From assembly GCF_006345805.1 (NCBI RefSeq), contig NW_021828982.1, positions 1-7,106 on the forward strand: a stretch of 7,106 nucleotides of DNA, read 5' to 3'. The translations under genes were made by a program, and so were the position numbers. This document shows positions 1 through 5,863 of this stretch, one piece after another. Position 1 is the first letter of the stretch. Each line of letters starts with the position of its first letter. The notes beneath the pieces were generated by a model that saw only the letters and a program-made list of their open reading frames with translations, made no database searches and had not been told where the DNA came from. This DNA is from Octopus sinensis (Eukaryota).

Positions 1-224
1 TGATCTGGCAGTGTTTCTACAGCTGGATGCCCTTCCTAACGCCAACCACTCCGCGAGTGTAGTGGGTGCTTTTTACGTGCCACCTGCACAGGTACCAGAG
101 GAATCTGGCATCAGCCATGATCGGTTGGTGCTTTATGTGCCACCGGCACAGAAGCCAGTCAAGGCGGTGCTGGCATCGGCCACGTTCGGATGGTGCTTTT
201 TATGTGCCACCGGCACAGAAGCCA
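1..224 (-). mobile_element. Fragment of RTE-LINE 3' UTR-type repeat (family B), running off the window start; three ~62-65 bp internal units
   Basis: Reverse complement of 1-60 matches 3623-3682 at 57/60. The unit anchor GGTGCTTT..A(C/T)GTGCCACC recurs at 65, 127 and 192. Also homologous to the LINE 3' UTR at ~2205-2410. Confidence 0.8.
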
Positions 225-236
225 TTCGAGCCAGGG

Positions 237-240
237 TATA

Positions 241-273
<33 letters not shown>

Positions 274-289
274 GTATGTGTGTGTATAT
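237..289. repeat. (TA)n grading into (TG)n microsatellite
   Basis: Directly visible; corresponds to the internal microsatellite of SINE family A (compare 990-1051). Confidence 0.95.
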
Positions 290-495
290 GTTTGTGTGTC
301 TGTGTTTGTCCCCACAACATTGCTTGACAACCAATGCTGGTGTGTTTACGTCCCTGTAACTTGGCAGTTCAGCAAAAGAGAACTGATAGAATAAGTACTA
401 GGCTTACAAAAAATAAGCCCTGCAGTCGATTTGCTTGACTAAAGGCGGTGCTCCAGCATGGTCACAGTCAAACGACTGAAACGAGTAAAAGAGTA
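290..495 (+). mobile_element. SINE family A, 3' half (copy A1), ending in a GAGTAAAAGAGTA tail
   Basis: Colinear with the reverse complement of 781-1000, including the GAGTAAAA tail repeat. Confidence 0.85.
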
Positions 496-686
496 TCAAG
501 CATAACTAGTCCCGGAACTTTATGATACCGCTTCGTATCATGTGAGCTCACCACATATTCCCAGTTGGCACAGATGTCGATACACAATCATACACATCCG
601 CAGCTGGTGCCATAATTATTGCCTTCCCTACTGGAATTAAAGTCGTTAAATGATTAGCAACCATCTATGGATCCCATTTGTCGTTC

Positions 687-786
687 TTTTTTTTTTTTTT
701 TTTTTGTTGTCTCAGTCGTTTGGTTGTGGCCATGCTGGATCACCGCCTTGAAGTATTTAGACAAAAAAAATGACCCCCGGTACTCT
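687..786 (-). mobile_element. 3' end of an older family A SINE (A3) with a 19-nt poly(T) at 687-705 (poly(A) tail on the minus strand)
   Basis: 706-780 TTGTCTCAGTCGTTTGGTTGTGGCCATGCTGGATCACCGCC is a diverged version of 804-842. Homology to family A resumes at ~1209 after copy A2. Confidence 0.7.
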
Positions 787-1208
787 TTTACTCTTTTACG
801 TATTTTCAGTCATTTTGACTGCGGCCATGCTGGAGCACCGCCTTTAGTCGAGCAAATCGACCCCCGAGACTTATTCTTTTTTGTAAGCCCAGTACTTATT
901 CTATCGGTCTCTTTTGCCGAACCGCTAAGTGACGGGGACATAAACACACCAGCATTGGTTGTCAAGCAATGCTAGAGGGACAAACACAGACACACAAACA
1001 CACACACACATATATATAATATATATATATATATATATACATACATATATACGACGGGCTTCTTTCAGTTTTCGTCTACCAAATCTACTCACAAGGCTTT
1101 GGTCGGCCCAAGGCTATAGCAGAAGACACTTGCCCATGATGCCACGCAGTGGGACTGAACCTGGAACCATGTGATTGGTAAACAAGCTACTTACCACACA
1201 GCCACTCT
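781..1208 (-). mobile_element. Near full-length tRNA-derived SINE, family A (copy A2): tRNA-like head, CORE-like segment, internal (CA)/(TA) microsatellite, 3' body, (GAGTAAAA)n tail
   Basis: Minus-strand head GAGTGGCTGTGTGGTAAG...CCAGGTTCAGTCCC has A/B-box-like motifs, followed by CATGGGCAAGTGTCTT resembling the CORE-SINE motif CCTTGGGCAAGT. Homologous parts occur at 290-495, 1209-1342, 1714-1800 and 5864-6725. Confidence 0.85.
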
Positions 1209-1342
1209 CTATTTGAATTTAAAGCCTGGTACTTATTCTACCAGTCTCCTTTCGCTTAAATGCTAAGTGACAGGGACATAAACAAACCAGCACTGGTTGT
1301 CAAGCGATAGCAGGGGACAAACTCAGACACACAGATACATAC
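1209..1342 (-). mobile_element. Middle part of older SINE A3
   Basis: AAGCCTGGTACTTATTCTACCAGTCTCC...GCTAAGTGACAGGGACATAAACAAACCAGCACTGGTTGTCAAGCG parallels 885-990 and picks up where 706-786 stops. Confidence 0.75.
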
Positions 1343-1360
1343 TCTTTCTCTCTATATCTG

Positions 1361-1403
1361 TCTACCTATCTATCTATCTACCTACCTACCTACCTATCTA
1401 TCT
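1361..1403. repeat. (CTAT)n/(CTAC)n tetranucleotide microsatellite
   Basis: Directly visible. Confidence 0.95.
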
Positions 1404-1408
1404 GTATC

Positions 1409-1713
1409 GCGGAACTCCGTCGGTTACGATGACGAGGGTTCCAGTTGATCCAATCAACGGAACAGCCTTCTAATTAAATTAACGTGCTAGTGGCTGAGCA
1501 CTCCACAGACACATGTACTCTTAATGGAGTTCTCGGAGAGATTCAGCATGACACAGAGTGTGACAAGGCTTGCCCTTTGAAATACAGGTACAACAGAAAC
1601 AGGAAGAAAGTGTGAGAGAAAGTTGTGGTGAAAGAGTACAGTAGGGTTCACCACCACCCCCTGCCGGAGCCTGGTGGTGCATTAGGTGTTTTCACTCAAT
1701 AAACACTCACAAC
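1409..1713 (-). mobile_element. SINE family C body (copy C1) lacking its own tRNA head
   Basis: Reverse complement of ~1592-1713 aligns with 4974-5085 (GTTGTGAGTGTTTATTGAG.GAAAACACCTAA...GGCTCCGGCAGGGG..GGTGA.CCCT.CTGTACTCTTT). The 3' extent to 1409 rests on my recollection of the family. Confidence 0.7.
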
Positions 1714-1800
1714 AGAAGATACTTGCCCAAGGTGCCATGCAATAGGACTGAACCTAGAACCATGTGATTGGGAAGCAAGCTTCTTACCACACAGCTGTGC
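1714..1800 (-). mobile_element. Family A SINE head (tRNA-like region plus start of CORE-like segment), probably the 5' end of A3
   Basis: Colinear with 1121-1205 and with the 117-bp array units at 6021-6725. Confidence 0.8.
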
Positions 1801-1850
1801 ATTCTTTTATATGTTTCAGCTCTGATGCTGTGGCACAATATATATATATC

Positions 1851-2180
1851 TTGCTCGGAGATCGCAGAGTCTGTCCGAGTTGAGCTACTACTTCACATCA
1901 AGGGGTCACAAGGTCTGGTACTTTGGACATTTGGTCAGAATGTTGAGGAAAGAATCACAAGATGGGTTCTTCAAGACAAGCCAACTGCCATAGGACCTGG
2001 GCTAGACCATCAACAAGGTGATTGGATAATAGCCCTGGTCTCAGTTAGTCTTGCTTGGGAATCCAGCACAGAAAGTGTAATGAGGGTTGCTTCAAATAGG
2101 ACCCTACGGAGGGCGATGCCTGAGGACTCTATCCACCCCTTTGACTCACCTAGGAATATGAATGGAAAAGATGGATGAAT
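1851..2180 (+). mobile_element. Decayed 3' end of an RTE-clade LINE (Rex3/Expander-like)
   Basis: Frame-switching translation gives EIAESVRVE-LLLHIKGSQ / WYFGHLVRM / EERITRWVLQDKPT / GRPSTR*LDN / ESVMRVASNRTL, matching the RTE C-terminal pattern (R-W-[YF]-GH-[VL]-x-RM ... GRP..RW.D ... R..W). It ends in GAAAAGATGGATGAAT, like the (GATG)n tails of Rex3/Expander elements. Confidence 0.7.
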
Positions 2181-2192
2181 AGCTGGATATAT

Positions 2193-2772
2193 ATCATCAT
2201 CATCACCATCGTTTAACGTCCACTTTCCATGCTGGCATGGGTTAGATGGTTTGAGTGGATTTGGTATGCCAGTGAGCTGTAACAGGTTCCAGTCCGATTT
2301 CGCATAGTTTCTATGACTGAATGCCTTTCCAATTGCCAACCACCCCAAGAGTGTAATGGGTGCTTATTACAAACCACTGGCACCGATGCCTTTATGTGCC
2401 ACCTGCACAATTGCCCGTTATGTGACTCTGGCATCGACCACGAAGACGGTTTCACTCGGTTTGACGGGTCTTCTCAAGCATAACATATCACCAAAGGTCT
2501 CGGTCATTTGTTATCACCTCCCTGAAGCCCAACGTTCAAAGATCATGCTTCACCACCTTGTCCCATGTCTTTCTGGGTCTACCTCTACCAGAGATTGGCT
2601 CTTCTTTACACAGCTGTCCTCGTCCATATGCATCACATGACCATCCTAGCACAGTCATCTCTCTTGCACACCACATCTGAAGCCTCTTATGTCCAGTTTT
2701 TCTCTCTAGACACACTCTGTCATACATGCACACTAACATTGTGCATCCAGTGAAGCATATTAGCTTCATGCT
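2193..2772 (-). mobile_element. 5'-truncated RTE-clade LINE: last ~105 codons of the RT ORF (pseudogenised), 3' UTR and (GAT)n tail
   Basis: Minus translation with stops and shifts gives EANMLHWMHNVSVH..REKLDIRGFRCGVQER..GHVMHMDEDSCVKK..GRGRPRKTWDKVVKHDL*..NDRDLW*..LEKTRQTE*. The UTR ends GGACGTTAAACGATGGTGATGATGATGAT. Confidence 0.85.
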
Positions 2773-2969
2773 AGCTGTGTATATATATATATATAAATTC
2801 ATAAATGAGGGTGAAAAATTAGATATTAATTTAATAATACCATCAGTTTAACACCAATCGGCTTAGCACATAAAAAACCAGGGAGACAATACAAATTTAT
2901 ACTCAAATAAAAAGGAGCTATTTTTAGCACTAGAGTTAACCACTTAGCGGTAACTCTCTTATATTTAAG

Positions 2970-2973
2970 TATG

Positions 2974-3007
<34 letters not shown>
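2970..3007. repeat. (TA)n microsatellite (another at ~2779-2795)
   Basis: Directly visible. Confidence 0.95.
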
Positions 3008-3218
3008 GTTAATCCAAACAAGAAAGCACAAAAAAGCACAACAACGCGAGGACATGGAACAAATATAGTATTATTGGACGCTCAGGAAGGAAGGGAAGAA
3101 GGAGGGTTTAACGTTTCGAGCGGAGCTCTTCGTTGGAAACATAGGAGAAGGAAAGATTCAGAGAAGGGATGACAGAGGAAAAAAAATCGCCAGCGGTACA
3201 CACGCGGTCACATTTTGA
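3008..3218 (-). mobile_element. Short (TA)n-flanked element with a hammerhead-like motif; probable Penelope-like element (PLE) terminal repeat or non-autonomous derivative
   Basis: Bounded by (TA)n on both sides (2970-3007 and 3219-3240) and contains the minimal hammerhead fold at 3106-3140. The PLE assignment is inferred from the known association of minimal type I hammerheads with PLEs. Confidence 0.55.
3106..3140 (-). ncRNA. Degenerate minimal type I hammerhead ribozyme motif
   Basis: Minus strand reads GTTT-CCAACGA-A-GAGC-TCC-GCTC-GAA-ACGT-T-AAAC: stem I GTTT/AAAC, stem II GAGC/GCTC, GAAA, palindromic ACGT in place of stem III, and a GUU cleavage triplet. The core differs from CUGANGA at U4 and G5. 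Confidence 0.6.
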
Positions 3219-3240
3219 ATATATATATATATATATATAT
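3219..3240. repeat. (AT)n microsatellite
   Basis: Directly visible. Confidence 0.95.
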
Positions 3241-3252
3241 TTCTTTCCTTCA

Positions 3253-3772
3253 TTGGACACTAAACTCTGCTTGCAAAGACCTGTTGAGGTAAGTGAAATC
3301 GAAATTGAAATCAAATTCTATGATTGGCATCCGTGCTAGTGGAGCGCTAAGAACACCATCCGAGCATGATCGTTGCCAGAGCAGCTGACTGGCTTCCGTG
3401 CCAGTGGCATGTAAAAAGCACCATTCGAGCGTGATCGTTACCAGCATCACCTTACTGGAAGATGTACCTGTGGCACGTGAAAAAAACATTCGAGCGAGGT
3501 CGTTGCCAGTGCTGCTGGACGGGCTCCTGTGCAGGTGGCATGTAAAAAACACCATTTGAGCATGACTGTTGCCAGTACCGCCTGACTGGCCCTCATGCCG
3601 GTGGCACGTAAAAGCACCCACTACACTCTCGGAGTGGTTGGCGTTAGGAAGGGCATCCAGCTGTAGAAACTCTGCCAGATCGAGATTGGAGCCTGGTGCA
3701 GCCATCTGGTTCGCCAGTCCTCAGTCAAATCATACAACCCATGCTAGCATGGAAAGCGGATGTTAAACAATG

Positions 3773-3774
<2 letters not shown>
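3253..3774 (+). mobile_element. Family B: heavily 5'-truncated RTE-LINE 3' end (last codons plus 3' UTR) with five ~65-bp internal units
   Basis: The start TTGG...TGCTTGCAAAGACCTGTTGAGGTAAGTGAAA aligns with the ORF end of the 2193-2772 LINE (TTGG...TGCTTGAGAAGACCCGTCAAACCGAGTGAAA). The end CCATGCTAGCATGGAAAGCGGATGTTAAACAATGAT matches that LINE's 3' terminus. Confidence 0.8.
3339..3620 (+). repeat. Internal tandem repeat with 65-66 bp period (anchors at 3339, 3404, 3470, 3535, 3601)
   Basis: Recurring GTGGCA(C/T)GT(A/G)AAAA...CACCAT(T/C)(C/T)GAGC...(C/T)GTT(G/A)CCAG; the first unit is degenerate and the last is partial. Confidence 0.85.
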
Positions 3775-3803
<29 letters not shown>

Positions 3804-3853
3804 TATATATACACACATATATATATGTACAAATATATTGCTGGACATATATA
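3774..3853. repeat. Compound (TA)n/(CA)n microsatellite
   Basis: Directly visible. Confidence 0.9.
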
Positions 3854-4405
3854 CACAGACATGCAGGAAGTAAATAGACACCTTTAATTTTCAAAATCTT
3901 TTATTTGATATTAATTGGTTGAAGGAGAGGTTTTCTTCTAGCTGCTCGTCCATATAATACCCAAGCTTATGCAGATATGTAACACACATTCTTGGACTAA
4001 CTTCTAGCTGTTTTGCAATGTCAGAAGCCTTCGAACAGGGTTTGTTTTCTACAATTCTCTTCAAACATCAAAGCTTCCTTTCCAAGGGCCCACTTCGGCT
4101 GCCAGGGATTTTGAATTGCCCTATAATTCTATTAACAGTAGCAAGAGGAATTTGAAGATTTTCAGCAATTTTTCGCTGGCTAAGACCAGCCTCAGATTGC
4201 CCAACAATACGACCTCTTTGAAATTCTGACATTTGTGCTGAATTTTTTGTGCGTGGCATGGTTACTCTTTGCAAATGTTTAATATAATGGCACCTGGAAT
4301 GAAAAAGAATAATTACATTGTAAATTCTACACCGCTGAAAACATATTAAAATGCTTAGATAAGAAATTTTGAAAATTAAAGATGTCTATTTACTTCCTGC
4401 ATGTC

Positions 4406-4409
<4 letters not shown>
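3854..4409 (-). mobile_element. Tc1/mariner-type DNA transposon, internally deleted non-autonomous copy with 44-bp TIRs
   Basis: 3854-3897 CACAGACATGCAGGAAGTAAATAGACACCTTTAATTTTCAAAAT is the reverse complement of 4366-4409 at 43/44. TA lies directly outside at 3852-3853, with TGTG+TA on the other side. A transposase remnant lies inside. Confidence 0.9.
3898..4259 (-). pseudogene. Tc1-like transposase N-terminal bipartite HTH DNA-binding region; DDE catalytic domain absent
   Basis: [49 protein letters not shown] (first HTH), SRSGP (GRP-like linker), stop at 4068-4070, CLKRIVENKPCSKASDIAKQLEVSPRMCVTYLHKLGYY, a 2-nt insertion near 3953, then GRAARRKPLLQPINIK, which abuts the TIR. Confidence 0.85.
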
Positions 4410-4448
<39 letters not shown>

Positions 4449-4455
4449 ACACACA
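4410..4455. repeat. (TG)n(TA)n(CA)n compound microsatellite
   Basis: Directly visible. Confidence 0.9.
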
Positions 4456-4616
4456 CGTATACCTGTGTACTTAGATAGTGTGCGTAATTTTTGTTGGTGT
4501 TTATTAGCTAACATTATTGATCACATGAGTTATGGTCCAGTACAATGCTAAAAATAAAATCATACTACAGAAAGTGTGTATGTATGTGTCAATACACATA
4601 CACACACATGATATAT

Positions 4617-4805
4617 TGATTTCAAATTTTGACAAGAGGCCAGCGGTTTCGGAGGAGGGCATAAGTCGATTACATCAATCCCGGTGTTGAATTGCTACTT
4701 GTTTTATTAACCCCGTAAGGATAAAAAGCAAAGTCAACCCTGTTGGTATTTGAACCCAGAAAGAAAAGCTACTAAGTATTTTTCCTGGCGCAGTGACCTC
4801 ACCAA
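4617..4805 (-). mobile_element. Old, diverged tRNA-derived SINE (family F)
   Basis: Minus strand has a B-box-like GGTTCAAATAC (4746-4756) followed by GTTGACTTTGCTTTTTATCCTTACGGGGTTAATAAAACAAGTAGC, a decayed form of a SINE central-domain motif I recall from molluscan SINEs. Only one copy is in the window, so there is no internal confirmation. Confidence 0.55.
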
Positions 4806-4867
4806 CTTACATGTATAATATATTTACATATACATAAAGAATATATATATATATATGTATGCATATG

Positions 4868-4908
4868 CACAGACATGCAGGAAGTAATTAGACACCTTTA
4901 ATTTTCAA
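4868..4908 (+). repeat. Third, orphan copy of the Tc1 TIR
   Basis: 40/41 identical to 3854-3894; cut off by the SINE head at 4909. Confidence 0.9.
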
Positions 4909-5178
4909 TGGCCTAGTGGTTAGGGCAGCGGACTCGCAGTCGTAGGATCGCTGTTTCGATTCCCAGACCGGGCGTTGTGAGTGTTTATTGAGCGAAAACA
5001 CCTAAAAGCTCCACGAGGCTCCGGCAGGGGTTGGTGATCCCTGCTGTACTCTTTTACCACTCTTTCTCCCACTCTTCCTTCTGTTGGCCTGCTCGCTTAG
5101 CCAGCGGGGTGGCGTCATTCGAAGGCTAAAACAATGCGAACGCATTGTGACATCTGATGGTCTGGTTGGTCACGTGAT
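4909..5178 (+). mobile_element. tRNA-derived SINE (copy C2) with good pol III A and B boxes; central domain shared with C1 but a different 3' tail
   Basis: A box TGGCCTAGTGG at 4909-4919 and B box GTTTCGATTCC at 4953-4963. The anticodon-arm-like GCGGACTCGCAGTCG is reminiscent of tRNA-Arg(TCG). 4974-5085 matches C1. Confidence 0.8.
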
Positions 5179-5228
5179 ATATATATATAAACAAATATAC
5201 ACATACACTGTATATATATATTTTGGAG

Positions 5229-5539
5229 ACCCCATCCTTTCGGTCATGAATGACCATGGGATTGCACCTAGAAAGTTACCCTCCTAGGCACAAGTCTGGG
5301 TCAGATTGTTTATGGAAAACCACCAATCGCCCTAGCAATACCAGCCTCCCCTCTCTGCGCCACCAGTGTTATCCAAGGGAAAGGCAAAGGGGCCGATGCA
5401 ACTTGGCACCTGTGACGTCGCAACTCATTTCTACAGCTGAGTGAACTGGAGCAACATGAAATAAAGTGTCTTGCTCAAGAACACAACACGCAGCCAGTCT
5501 GGGAATCGAGCTCACACCATTACGATCATAAGCTCGACG
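5229..5539 (-). mobile_element. tRNA-derived SINE family D, missing its 5'-most part (A box)
   Basis: Minus strand has a B-box-like GAGCTCGATTCCCAGAC (similar to C2's TTTCGATTCCCAGAC), then CORE-like GTGTTCTTGAGCAAGACACTTT. The 3' boundary is approximate and rests on family recall. Confidence 0.65.
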
Positions 5540-5857
5540 ATGGAAGCGTCATCCAACCAAAGTACAAATATATGGGAAACTACCACCTGTATCATCTCTT
5601 GTGAAAGGTAAGAGAGTCCAGTTTGCTGGACATTGTTGTAGAGCTGAAAACGAAGGTAATTTCTACTCTTCTCCTCTGGAAGCCATCTGCTCGCGATACC
5701 AGAGGTCACACACTCTCCTACCCTGATGTAATCTCCAGGGATACAGGCATCCAGCAACAGGACCTCCGTAATGCCATGATGGACCGTGAAGTCTGGCGTA
5801 GCATGGTAAATTCCATTGTCTCGACCACAGTCGAACAATGATGAATGATGATGATGA
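5540..5857 (+). mobile_element. 5'-truncated RTE-clade (RTEX-like) LINE 3' end with a (TGA)n tail directly after the stop codon
   Basis: From 5541: WKRHPTKVQIYGKLPPVSSLVKGKRVQFAGHCCRAENE, a +1 frameshift at 5655, then VISTLLLWKPSARDTRGHTLSYPDVISRDTGIQQQDLRNAMMDREVWRSMVNSIVSTTVEQ*. Tail TGATGAATGATGATGATGA at 5839-5857. Confidence 0.85.
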
Positions 5858-5863
5858 AGGATC

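Noticed and set aside
222-231. CCATTCGAGC identical to 3421-3430 in flipped orientation at the end of the reverse B copy (possible 5' inversion)
   Set aside because: Only 10 nt, too short to distinguish from chance.
522-541. Hairpin ATGATAC-CGCTTC-GTATCAT
   Set aside because: An isolated 7-bp stem with no supporting context; bacterial terminator logic does not apply.
11-1174. ORFs 11-394, 66-359, 133-330, 667-975 and 959-1174
   Set aside because: They run through SINE/LINE-UTR sequence, microsatellites and a poly(T); the peptides are low-complexity (YIYIYI, FFFFFF).
1768-2802. ORFs 1768-2178, 2010-2348, 2213-2455, 2356-2640, 2536-2802 and 2565-2753 as genes
   Set aside because: They are partial in-frame pieces or off-frame readings of decayed RTE LINE ends, with stops and frameshifts in the true frame.
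3108-3766. ORFs 3108-3314, 3250-3705 and 3569-3766
   Set aside because: Chance frames through the LINE 3' UTR repeat and microsatellite.
4909-4973. Possible bona fide tRNA-Arg gene
   Set aside because: A and B boxes are present, but the 5' acceptor strand is missing, the arms are imperfect, and it continues into a SINE body shared with another copy.
5428-5439. 12-mer TTTCTACAGCTG shared between SINE D and family B (14-25)
   Set aside because: No flanking homology; a few 12-mer matches are expected by chance in a two-strand 7-kb self-comparison.
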